A stretch of DNA of 64,000 nucleotides from Kiritimatiellia bacterium (GTDB lineage Bacteria; Verrucomicrobiota; Kiritimatiellia; RFP12; UBA1067). The notes beneath the pieces were generated by a model. It did no database searches. It worked only from the letters and a program-made list of their open reading frames with translations, and had not been told where the DNA came from. A program made the position numbers and the translations under genes. The DNA is taken from the NCBI GenBank assembly GCA_050949565.1, contig JBMNFY010000008.1:160001-224000 (forward strand), written 5' to 3'. Positions 29,903-40,792 of the stretch are shown here, piece after piece (the first letter of the stretch is position 1; each line of letters opens with the position of its first letter).

Positions 29903-32900
29903 TTATTCGCCCTCCGCATTCTCAACGACCACACGGAAGAAGCCGCAGGGTGCATCCGCCGGGTACGGCACGACGGCCGTGGTCACGGTGAGTCCGGTCG
30001 CGCCTTCAATCGCGGTCCACTGCGGATGGGTCAGGCTACGCGTGAACTCGACACGTACCGGGCGTTCACTGGGCGTCCACGAGAGCGTGACCAGATTGTT
30101 GGCGCCCATCTGTATGCTGGTGACCGTGACCGGCGCAGGCGGCTCTGGCAGCTCCGGCGTCTGCAACTCGCCGTATACGAACGCGGCGGTCGACCACGGC
30201 GACGGCTCACTCCAAATGTCCAGAGCGCATACGCGCCAGTAGTAACGCGCGTTCAACACCAGCGCATCATAACCGGGCAACGTTTTCATCTGCGCCAGAA
30301 GCGTACTGGGTTGCGGCGCGATTACCGCCGTCACCAAAATGTTGGTGAAGGTCTCGTCTGATGCAATCTGAAGTTGATAGCCGGTGATGGCGTCTCCAGG
30401 GTCGCTGTCTTCGCTGGCGAACCAGATGAAATAGCCGTTGGCATCGGGCATCGTGGCACCAGCGTAGGGCGAGATGATCTCCGGCGCTGTCGGCGCATGG
30501 TTGACAAGGTTCACGACGAACGTGGCCGTCGCGCTCCACGGGCCGATGTTCTCGTTGTTGTCCGTGGCACGGCAGCGCCACCAGACCTGCGCACCGTCGG
30601 GAAGGTCAGCGTCGATCTGCCAAGAGGTCGTCCCAGTGCCGCCGGCGATGGCCGGCGTCTGCGCCACAAGCGCTTCGGCACTCATCACGGCGTTGGTGTA
30701 GACCTCGAAGCGGTAGGTCAACAGGTCGCTCTGGTTGTCCACGGCGTTCTCGACAACGAGTGCCGGGCGCAACATCGTGACGGTCGCGCCATCGGCTGGC
30801 GTGAGCGGGACGGGCGCACCGGGTGCCGCACCGCCGATGCCGAATGCGTCGATGTAGAACTGGCTGTCGAGATCGTAACGATGCGCATAACTCGACACAG
30901 CGATCCGGACACCTGCGGTACGGTAGTCAGCCGGCACGGCATACTGGAAGCGGCCCCAGGTATCGGCGACATTGAGAGCACCGGAGAGGTCGTGCCAGTT
31001 GACGCCGCCGTCCTTTGAGAGTCTGACGTTGAGATGTCCATAGTTATTGTAGCCGCGCCAGCCACGGGCGTAGAGCGTGACCATGGCGTCATCCATGCCG
31101 CTGAGATCGAGTTCGCCGCCGTAGACCAGCCACGAGTCGGTGTAACCCTGGACCGTGCTATGGACGTGGTCGAGGACGCAAGCACCGCCTTCGTAGGGCG
31201 TGACGGCGGAGACAGCCCAACCGCCGTTGATCCAAGTATCCAGGCCGTTTTCAAAGCGTTCGTGCAAGGAGGATGCAACCGGAAGCGGCGTGTGTTCGCG
31301 TATGGCGACGTTGTCGATGGCCCAGCCGTCATCGGTCACACTCCCGTCCGTGCCTAAGCGGAAGCGGATGTAGACGGTGTGGCGTCCCTTCCAGCGCGAG
31401 AGGTCGATCTGCTGCTCGCACCAATCGGCGCGGGTGCCGCGGGTGCTGTAGACGGTGAACCATTCGACCGAACCGACGTTGTTGTTGTCGGCCGCGCCGA
31501 TCTGAACATAGGCGTTGTCGCCCGTGGGCGGTAGGGCGTGGCGATCCGTGAAGACGAGTACGGGCCATGTCGCCGCGCTCAAGTCCGCAGCGGTCTGCGC
31601 CCATGTGTCACTGTAGTTAGCGTAGTCGCCGGGCGAATCGGTCAGCGCGGGGGTGCCGTTCACACCTGCGCCGTCCTGAATGCCCCATGTGCCGGAGAAG
31701 GTCCACGCAGGATCCACGCCGGAACCGAAGTCGTCCGTCCATCCGAGCGGAACGCCCAGTGTCTGCGCGGAGGCCTCGTTGGAAGGCGTACCGGTGTCGG
31801 ATGTGTTGTATACATAGACCTTGTAGAAGTAGCGTATGCGCGCCGAAAGCGCGGTATCGGTAAAGTTGGTCACGTCGGGATCGGTGATGGTCGCGACAAG
31901 CGTATGCGTTTCGTCGACATTCTGCGCGGTGTGGCGGAAGACCTTGTAACACTGGAAGTCGCCACCTGCGTAGGGCGACCAGGCGAGCGACAGACCGCTG
32001 ACCGTGACATCAGTCGGCGTTTCAAGCGTCACGGCGGGGGGCGACTCCTCGACGGTGAGCTTGTCGACCTGCAGCTTGGCCGCGGTATCGCCGTAATGGT
32101 CGTAGGTGCAAAGGGCGAGGCGCAGGTTGGCGACGCGGTGATCGGAAGGGATGGCGAACTGGTAGCGCGTCCACTCCGCTATCTGGGCGATCTGCCCGCT
32201 CAGATCGCGCCAGCCCAGACCGCCGTCCTTCGAGATCAAGATGTGGAGACGGGTGTAGCTGTCGCCCTGGCTGCGCTTGGCCCAGAGTGTGACCTGCGGC
32301 GCGGTGCTACCGGTAAGGTCGAGCTCCCGGTCGAGAACCATCCAGTAGCGCGCGCGGTTCCGCGCGGTCCAGCGGCAGGGGTAGCCCTCGGCGGCGCCGG
32401 TGCCTTCGTAGGCATCTGCCGATACGATCCAGCCGCCGTTGAGCCAGTTGCCGAGGCCGTTCTCGAAGCGCTCGACAAAGGGCAGCGCCTGCACGGCGCC
32501 GGGCGCGTGCTCGGCCACGCCCACGTCGTCGATGTGCCAGCCGTCGCCGGTGCCGCTGCCGTTGCTCTCGATGTAGAAGCGGATGTGGAGGTTGGCCTGG
32601 CCGCGCCAGCGCGAGAGATCGACCGCCTGCTCGGCCCACTCGGCGCGCGCGCCCGAAACGGCGTAGACGCGCGTCCAGTTCGAGCCGTCGGACGAGACAT
32701 CGAGGATGCCGTAGTCGCCGGAGGAAACGTCGTAGAAGGCGTGGCGGTCCTTGAAGCGCAGCACGGGCCACGCGGTGCCGGTAAGGTCGACGGCCGTGAG
32801 CGCATAGTTGTTGCCGCTGTTGAGATAGGTGGCGTACTGCACGCCGGGCGAGTCGGTGAGACAGACCTCGGCGTCATTGGTCTCAATGCCCCAGCCGCCG

Positions 32901-35900
32901 AGCGTGTCCCAGAGCGAGAGGTCGTTGAAGGCGTCCTCCAGCGGCGGCAGGAGCGGGACGGTGGTGGCCTGCGCCTCGTTGGAGCCCGCGTAGGTGTCGT
33001 TGGTGTTGACGATGTAGACGCGGTAGTGATAGGTCTTGCCGATGGAGAGCCCGTTGTCGGTGAAGGCGGTCGCGGCAGAGTCCGCGATGGAGGCCACGCG
33101 TGTGTCCGACCATGTCACGCCGGACGAGTCGCGCCGGTAGATCTCGTAACGCTGGAAATCGCCGCCCGCGTAGGGCGACCACGTGAGCGCCACGCTCTTG
33201 AGCGACGGGACGGGCGACGCGAGCGTCACGGCGGGGGGCGAATCCTCGACGGTGAGCTTGTCGACCTGCAGCTTGGCCTCGACATTGTAGTAGGCATGGG
33301 CTTGGAAGGCGAAGCGCAGGTTGGCGACGCGGTAATCGGCGGGGATGGCGAACTGGTGGCGCGTCCACTCCGGGCCGCGCGCGATGTGCCCGCTCAGATC
33401 GTGCCAGCTCAGGCCGCCGTCCTTGGAGAGGAGGCAGAAGAGGCCAGCGTAGTCGTCCCCTTGACTGCGCCGCGCCCAGAGCGTGACCTGCGGCGCGGCG
33501 GCGCCGGTGAGGTCGAGCTCCCGGTCGAGAACCATCCAGTAGCGCGCGCGGTTCTGCGCGGTCCAGCGGCAGGGGTAGCCTTCGGCGGCACCGGAACCTT
33601 CGAAGGCGTTCGTCGACGCGCCCCAGCCGCCGTTGAGCCAGTTGCCGAGTCCGTCCTCGAAGCGCTCGGCGAAGGGCAGCGTCTGCGCGGTGCCTGGCGC
33701 GTGCTCGGCCACGCTCACGTCGTCGATGTACCAGCCGTCGCCGGTGCCGCTACCGTCACTGCTGATGCAGAAACGAATGCGCAGGTTGGCCTGACCGCGC
33801 CAGCGCGAGAGGTCGATGGCCTGCTCGGCCCACTCGGCGCGCGCGCCGCTGACGGAGTAGACGCGCGTCCAGCCCGATCCGTCGGGCGAGACCTCGAGGA
33901 TGCCGTAGTCGCCGGACGAAACGTCGTAGAAGGCGTGGCGGTCCTTGAAGCGCAGCACGGGCCACGCGGTGCCGGTAAGGTCGACGGCCGTGAGCGCATA
34001 GTTGTTGCCGCCGTGGAGAGAGGTAGCGTACTGCACGCCGGGCGAATCGGTCAGGCAGACCTCGGCGCCGTTGGTCTCAATGCCCCAGCCGCCGAGCGTG
34101 TCCCAGAGCGAGAGGTCGTTGAAGGCGTCCTCCAGCGGCGGCAGGAGCGGGACGGTGGTGGCCTGCGCCTCGTTGGAACCCGCGTAGGTGTCGTTGGTGT
34201 TGACGACGTAGACGCGGTAGTGATAGGTCTTGCCGATGGAGAGGCCGGTGTCGGTGAAGGCGGTCGTGGACGGGTCGGTGAAGGTCGCGATGAGCGTGTG
34301 CGCCTCGTTGACCCCCGGCGCGGTGTGGCGGAAGACCTCGTAGCGCTGGAAGCCGTCGCCCGCGTAAGGCGACCATGTGAGCGCCACGCTCTTGAGCGAC
34401 GGGACGGGCGACGCGAGCGTCACGGCGGGGGGCGACTCCTCGACGGTGAGCTTGTCGACCTGCAGCTTGGCACCAGTATCGTAGTAGGCGTAGGCGTGCA
34501 AGGCGAGGCGCAGGTTGGCGACGCGGTAATCGGCGGGGATGGCGAACTGATGGCGCGTCCATGTTGTGCTGTGCGTGGGGTGTCCGCTCAGATTGTGCCA
34601 GTTCACGCCGCCGTCCTTCGAGATGGTGAGGTAGAGTCGGGCGTTGTCGTCGCCCAGGCTGCGCCGGATCCAGAACGTGACCTGCGGCGCGGCGGCACCG
34701 GAAAGGTTGAGCTCACGGCCGAGGACGATCCAGTAGCTCGAGCGGTTCTGCGCGGTCCAACGGCAGGGGTAGCCCTCGGCGGCGCCGCCGCCCTCGAAGG
34801 CGTTCGGCGACGCGCCCCAGCTGCCGCTGAGCCAGTTGGCGAGTCCGTCCTCGAAGCGCTCGATAAAGGGCAACGCCTGCGCGGCACCAGGCGTGTGCTC
34901 GGCCACGCTCACGTCGTCGATGTGCCAGCCGTCGCCGGCGCCGCCGCCGTCGCTACTGATATAGAAGCGGATGCGGAGGTTGGCCTGCCCGCGCCAGCGT
35001 GAAAGATCAATGGCCTGCTCGGCCCACTCGGCGCGCGCGCCGCTGACGGCGTAGACGCGCGTCCAGCCCGATCCGTCGGGCGAGACCTCGAGGATGCCGT
35101 AGTCGCCGGACGAAACGTCATAGAAGGCGTGGCGGTCTTTGAAGCGCAGCACGGGCCACGCGGTGCCGGTAAGGTCGACAGCCGTGAGTGCGTAGTTATT
35201 GCCGCTGTTGAGATAGGTGGCGTAGAAGCCGAGGGGCGAGTCGGTCAGGCAGGCATTGCCGGTGGCATTGGTCTCAGTGGTGATCCCCCAAAGGCCACTG
35301 AAATTCCAACTGAGGTCGCCGTCCTCGAAACCGTCGACGAATGGCAGGGGGTTGTTGAGCGTGCGCGCGGAAGACTCCGCGCCATCCTCGGAATAGGTGC
35401 CGTAGGGCGAGACAACGTAGACGCGGTAGGCATATTCGGTGTCCAGCGCAAGGCCGGCGTCGATCCATTCGGTCTGCTCTGGGTCGTTGATGGTAGCGAC
35501 GCAGGGCGAGTTGGGCGTGACACCGCTGGAGGCTTGCACACGGTGGATGGCGTAGTGCGAGAATTGCGCGGCGGTGCTCTGCGGCCAGGAGAGACGCAGG
35601 GTATGCGACGTCGCCTGATCGACGAGAAGCGAGGAAGTAGCGGGCGGTGCTTCGGCGACGGAGACATCGTCGAGCCACCAGCCGTCCGCCTGATCGGCGG
35701 GACTGGTGGTGAGACGGAAACGCAACAGCACGGAGGGCTGCCCCACATAAGCGGAGAGACTGATACGCTCACGGCTCCAAGCGTTGGTGGCGGTGAGGGC
35801 GGTATAGGTCTTGAGCGCCGTCCAATCGGCACCATTGTTGATGGAGGCCTCGACCACGGCGGAGTCGCCGGAGCGGATGTCGCACTGCTGCCGGAACGAG

Positions 35901-36910
35901 AGCACGGGGGCCTGCGCAGCGGCGAGATTGAGCGGCGCGGCAAGACTAAGGCCGGCGTTACTGGAGTTTGGATAGAGCGCACCGGGCGAGTCGCTCCAGG
36001 CGCGCGTGCCGGAGCAGGCGCGCTCGTCCGAACGCGCCCAACCGCCGTCACCGACCCAGTATGCGCCGTCGGTCTCGACCGTATCGATGAAGGGATAGTC
36101 CATGCCGGGTGGCAGCAACACGGATTTCTCGTCGCTCATGGCATGCAAGCCTTCCGACGTGAGAGCCATAACCATGTAGTGCAACTGCGTTTTGGACGCA
36201 ACGGTGACGTCAGTAAAGCATGTTGTCGATGCCGGGGTTTCGCCGACGAGCGTGGCGGAGCGCCAGTCGAGCTGTGCCGTCGCCGAGCGGTAGATGCGGT
36301 ACGTCGAGACAGCAGTGGACGGGCTCGGCGACCAGGCAAGATTGACGGCGCTGACGCCCTGCGCCGTGGCGTTGGTCAAGACAGGCGGCTGCGGAGCTTC
36401 GCCGACGAGCACGTCGTCGATGTACCAACCGTCCATGACGACCGAGGCGTCGGTCACGAGGCGGAAGCGTATTTTGACGGCGGACTGTCCAGCGCAGGAG
36501 GTCAGGTCGAGTTGCTCGCGCACCCATGCGGCACGCGAACCGGTGTAAGCGGCCAACTCGCTCTAAGTGGTACCGCCGTCTGTGGAGACTTCGACCCGTG
36601 CCCAGTCGTACGATTGCTCCAACTCATGCCGGTGATAGAAACGGAGCGCGGGGCGCGTAGACGTCGAGAGGTTGAGCGGCGCAGTCAGCGTCAGCGTGGT
36701 GTCGGCGTTGTTTGCATAATAAGCGCCGGGACTGTCCGTCACGGAACGGGCCGGCGACCAAGCGTCGGCGGTTGTGGTACCCCAAGAACCGCTTGCGCTC
36801 CATGCGCCAAGTCCTGACTCGAAATCCTGATTGGCAAGCTGCGCATGCGCAGACAAAGCAACAACCGCCACAAAACTGAACAGTGCCGTTCCCAACCTCA
36901 TACCGCTCAC
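29903..36910 (-). pseudogene. ~2335-codon secreted multidomain protein (about 10 jelly-roll/MAM-like domains plus FN3 repeats) with an in-frame TAG at 36563-36565
   Basis: ORFs 36563-36910 and 29903-36556 share one frame: STDGGTT*SELAAYTG; signal peptide; repeated SDSPG..Y and DGWYIDDV modules. Confidence 0.85.
32030..35250 (-). repeat. Intragenic ~1.2-kb tandem repeat, about 2.7 copies
   Basis: Anchor TTGTCGACCTGCAGCTTGGC at 32061, 33258 and 34452 (periods 1197 and 1194 nt). Confidence 0.9.
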
Positions 36911-36991
36911 GACCTCTCCTCCTCGTTGACAGGGCTAGATAAACTGACGCCATTCATCTTACACCAAAGTAGACACCATGACAACCACCCC

Positions 36992-39900
36992 TCAAAGGGA
37001 AAGGTCGAGCCTGCCGCAGCGTAGGCGCGCGTCATGCGCAAAAAGCGAGAGCCGCCAGCGTCCAGGAGTCTCCGGCACGGTGAACGAAAGAGTGACCAAA
37101 CCTTCGCTGTCGGACACCGCTTGCGGTAAGAAAAAGCGCGGCGCACGCACCGCCACCGCCCTATGCGTTCCGGCCGTACCGTCCACGCTGGTCTCTTGAA
37201 TCAGCATCGCTGGTATGCGTACATGCTCCGCATCGGACTGCGCATCGTCTTTTGGCGGATCAATGTCATACGTGCGCCACGTACGGTAGCGCCATGCATC
37301 CGGCTCGCGGTCATCACGCCAACTGCCGCACAGTTGCGCCAGTCGCACACCGTGGTTTTGAAACTGGAACCCGACATTCGTCGTACACGCGCCGGTCTGG
37401 TTGTCGTTGTCTGTCTCCCACCATGCCGATATGGCAGGGGCATCTTCGGTTGACAGCAACGCCAAAAGTTCAGCCGCGCAACCCGCGCCGTCCGGCCCCG
37501 TCACCTTGACCGTGCAGGTGATCCGCTCGCCCGGACGTCCTGCAGGCGGCAGGCCCTCTACCGTCAGTGAGAGCTTCTGGTCGCGACGCTCCACCTCCAC
37601 CCGGCGCTCATGCGTGTAGGCGCGGTTCTCGCGTACACACAACGTGCGAAACCAAAACCCACCGCGCACCGCAGTGTCGACAGGCAGTTCGAACCGTTGT
37701 TGCGTGACCTCGGGATCGGTACGCATGCGCAGCAGTTCGAGCCCATCCGTCTCCGCTAACATCAGCGCCGATGCGCGCGCGTAACCGCTGCCCCAGACCG
37801 CACGGAAGCGATCGCCCGCAGGCACACGCCACGATTCGGCCGCGACATGTACCGGCACCGTAAAGGGCAGGCGTCGCGCATCCGGATCGAACACCCGCAC
37901 ATTCCGCCGCGCGGCCACGCGCCGCCCGGCGGGATCGCGCGTTTCGTAGGTCAATCGGAATACGCCGACAGGCAACGGTATTGAGCCGGAGGCGATCCCA
38001 TTGGTACCGGTCTGCACACGCTCTTCACCCAACGTCCGCAACTCCGGCCAAGCTTCAACGGGGTCCTCTCCGTCATCACCAGAGTAGACCCCCGAAGCCG
38101 AACCATCGAGCAACGGCAAGGGAGGCCGCTTGACCCACTCCGGCGGTTTGAGCTGAACAACCCGCAATTCGCCGGGCGTAACGACAGCCGTGCCGCCCAG
38201 AGCCTGCACGCCGATCTCAAATCTGACGGGTTGCGATGAGGTTTGCCAAGCATCAGCCGCAATCCGCGCGTACCATGCTGTCTCATCCAGCACCATCGGC
38301 AGGTCTGCGCGTCCGCTCCCTCCGTCGACGGCGTCCACCTCGGCCGTCACAGTAAACACGCATGCCGCAGAATCGGCTTCCTCACGCTGCGGCGGTGCCT
38401 TGGCGAAGAAGGTTACGGCGTACGTGCCTTGCGCATCGCTCACGGTTGAACCGGCGGTCAGCGGCACCGTCGCACACGGGTCAGTCCCCTTTCGATGCCA
38501 TGCAACCCGCCACGACACGCGAGCACCCGGCACCGCCACACCGTCCCGGACAACCCTCCCGTTGACGGTCAGCACATCTCCGAGCCGTGCACCGGGCGGA
38601 GGCAGCGCCAACGTGACATCCAGCGCCTTAGGATCGGCGGCCTCAATCCGAACCGAAGTCGATCCGATCCCCTCGGCGGCAAGCGTGAAGAGGCCGGGCG
38701 GCGTGTCATCAGGAATGACCATCTCTCCCGAACAGGACCCGAATGGCGTACACGTGACCTCCTGTTCGGCCAAACGCCGATCTGACGCATCCATCCCCGC
38801 GATCTTGACGCGCAAACCGGCCGCCGCATACACGCTATGCGTCACCGGATCATCCTTCCAGAAGAATCCCCGGTAGCGCAGGGGCTGACCGGGGCGATAC
38901 ACGTCGCGGTCGGTCACGAATGCACCACACGTCTCAGGGGCTTCAAAACGCGTGCGCACATTCCCCTTCCAAAGTGGCCTCCATGTTTGCGCGGCATCGC
39001 CCTGCCGTTCGGCAAGGATCATGATCTCCCCCGCACGCCCCCCGAGCACAGCGAACCCGCCATCCTCAGCCGTCTCCATCACCCACTCGCGTTTGAAATT
39101 CCCTTCCGCCTGCTTACGCCACACCGTGACACGTGCCGCCGGGACCGGCTCGCCTTCACGCGCCGTCAGCACATACCCGAGGATGCGATCAGGCTTTTGG
39201 TCGATCACCAATGCCAGGCGTGAGACCCTGAACATCTCCCACATGATCGGCGCACTCTCGGTCTCGAAAGACGCGTCCGGCGAAACGAACAGCGCATAAA
39301 GTCCGTTCGGAAGATCCTGCGGCACCGAAACGCGGTGGTTGCGGATCCGATAATCCCCCGCTGGCGGCAACGCCACCCCCCACTGCTTCAGCGGTCTGCG
39401 CGCCAGCCACTGCGCCGGAGTCGCGTCCTCCTCCGGCTGCCGGGGGCGGCGCGGCACAAATGCTTCATCGAACGGCACACGTACCGCACGGAAATGGAGC
39501 TGCGTCAGGTTCTTGTAAGCGATCTCGAACTGCGGCCACGGCGCACACCAGACACGTTCTGAAGTGAGCGCGAGAGACGGCACCTCGATCCGGGCGATCA
39601 AGTTGCGGCATTGCGCGGCACCAATGCTCGCCGGATATGCGGACGCGCCTTTTTGCGCAACAACGCGTGCCAAAGAGGCGTCCCCCGCATCGAACGCAAG
39701 TTGCGCCCGGAGAGCGAACGCACGCGATGACAGCTCGTGCGTCCGCCACTTGTGCGCGAATCGGTCCAGCGCCGCGCAGTATCGCTCCTCCCGCTCCTCA
39801 CCCACCACCAGCGGATAACAGAACTGCAAGCGATTCAAGTCGGCATCGGCATACGCGGCAGGATCCTCGTCGTCCGCGTGAAAGGCGAGCAGCGCTTGCC

Positions 39901-40666
39901 ACAGGCGCAGTGCCCGCAACACACGGGAATGGCGCGCCGCCCCATCGGGGATCACAAAGTTAAAACCAGCAACGTCTTGCAAGGCGGGGCCGTCAGGGTC
40001 CAGTGTCACCGATTCCGTATCATCAAGCTTCTGCTCCCGGCACCACGCATAGAACTCCAACAGATCATACGCAATGACATCGAACAGCGTCGGGCGCAAC
40101 GCATCCGCCACGGTGCCCGCGTCAAACAACGCCCCGTACATCCCGACAGGAATCCGCTTGAGCACATCCTCAAAGGCCATCGCACGCTGGTAACACTGTT
40201 CGATCTCGTTCAGCAAACCCTCCGGTTGTCGCGGTATGCCTTCGACTGCCGGAACGTCACGTTCTTGGCCACCGAAAAGGTGTTCGGCATACGACCGGAA
40301 GCGACGCGCGGCCAGCACCTCCAGCACGGCCCGCATGGGAAGCGGCGCACGGGACGCCGTGTCTTTCAGCTTCAGCGCGGCCGAACCGGAAGGCACCGTA
40401 TTCGTCGCCACCTCCAACTCGACATATTGTGCAACGGCACGCGCGGCGTGTCCCCATTCCTGCTCCTTCACCGCCGCCTGCTCAATCGACGCCAGCAACG
40501 TCGTCGCCGCCCTGAAATCCCGTTGCTCCAAAGCCGCCTGCGCCTGCTGCCACTGGCCCGCAAGGTCGGCCCCGGCATTGCCAGCCCCAAGCAGACGCGA
40601 GGCCGAACACGCCGCCAAGACAAACACCCTTGCGGCACGCATAAAACGCAAACCATCCAATTGCAT
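36992..40666 (-). CDS. Bacterial alpha-2-macroglobulin-like protein, N-terminal MG domains only
   Basis: TDRDVYRPGQ (MG2), TPFGSCSGE, and final GLVTLSFTVPETPGRWRLSLFAH; no CxEQ thioester; start may be the ATG at 40642. Confidence 0.75.
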   Translation of the reverse strand: MQLDGLRFMRAARVFVLAACSASRLLGAGNAGADLAGQWQQAQAALEQRDFRAATTLLASIEQAAVKEQEWGHAARAVAQYVELEVATNTVPSGSAALKLKDTASRAPLPMRAVLEVLAARRFRSYAEHLFGGQERDVPAVEGIPRQPEGLLNEIEQCYQRAMAFEDVLKRIPVGMYGALFDAGTVADALRPTLFDVIAYDLLEFYAWCREQKLDDTESVTLDPDGPALQDVAGFNFVIPDGAARHSRVLRALRLWQALLAFHADDEDPAAYADADLNRLQFCYPLVVGEEREERYCAALDRFAHKWRTHELSSRAFALRAQLAFDAGDASLARVVAQKGASAYPASIGAAQCRNLIARIEVPSLALTSERVWCAPWPQFEIAYKNLTQLHFRAVRVPFDEAFVPRRPRQPEEDATPAQWLARRPLKQWGVALPPAGDYRIRNHRVSVPQDLPNGLYALFVSPDASFETESAPIMWEMFRVSRLALVIDQKPDRILGYVLTAREGEPVPAARVTVWRKQAEGNFKREWVMETAEDGGFAVLGGRAGEIMILAERQGDAAQTWRPLWKGNVRTRFEAPETCGAFVTDRDVYRPGQPLRYRGFFWKDDPVTHSVYAAAGLRVKIAGMDASDRRLAEQEVTCTPFGSCSGEMVIPDDTPPGLFTLAAEGIGSTSVRIEAADPKALDVTLALPPPGARLGDVLTVNGRVVRDGVAVPGARVSWRVAWHRKGTDPCATVPLTAGSTVSDAQGTYAVTFFAKAPPQREEADSAACVFTVTAEVDAVDGGSGRADLPMVLDETAWYARIAADAWQTSSQPVRFEIGVQALGGTAVVTPGELRVVQLKPPEWVKRPPLPLLDGSASGVYSGDDGEDPVEAWPELRTLGEERVQTGTNGIASGSIPLPVGVFRLTYETRDPAGRRVAARRNVRVFDPDARRLPFTVPVHVAAESWRVPAGDRFRAVWGSGYARASALMLAETDGLELLRMRTDPEVTQQRFELPVDTAVRGGFWFRTLCVRENRAYTHERRVEVERRDQKLSLTVEGLPPAGRPGERITCTVKVTGPDGAGCAAELLALLSTEDAPAISAWWETDNDNQTGACTTNVGFQFQNHGVRLAQLCGSWRDDREPDAWRYRTWRTYDIDPPKDDAQSDAEHVRIPAMLIQETSVDGTAGTHRAVAVRAPRFFLPQAVSDSEGLVTLSFTVPETPGRWRLSLFAHDARLRCGRLDLSL

Positions 40667-40792
40667 GTTTGGAGATTACCAAGATGCCCCATTTGCGGCA
40701 AGAACATCACTTTCCGCTTCCAGTCGGAAACGAACTTGGGTACGATGTTACAGAAGGTTTTGTATTGCCTGTTGTCAGCAAAGGAGTGAGTC

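Noticed and set aside
31538-35002. 1154-aa + strand ORF
   Set aside because: Antisense shadow of the repeat-rich giant gene, caused by strong codon bias
32030-35250. Diversity-generating retroelement template and variable repeats
   Set aside because: No reverse transcriptase in the window, all copies are coding and in frame, and differences are not confined to adenines
36563-36565. Genome-wide TAG recoding or pyrrolysine
   Set aside because: TAG ends many intact genes here (2292, 3590, 42586, 54490), and the position corresponds to Trp, one substitution from TGG
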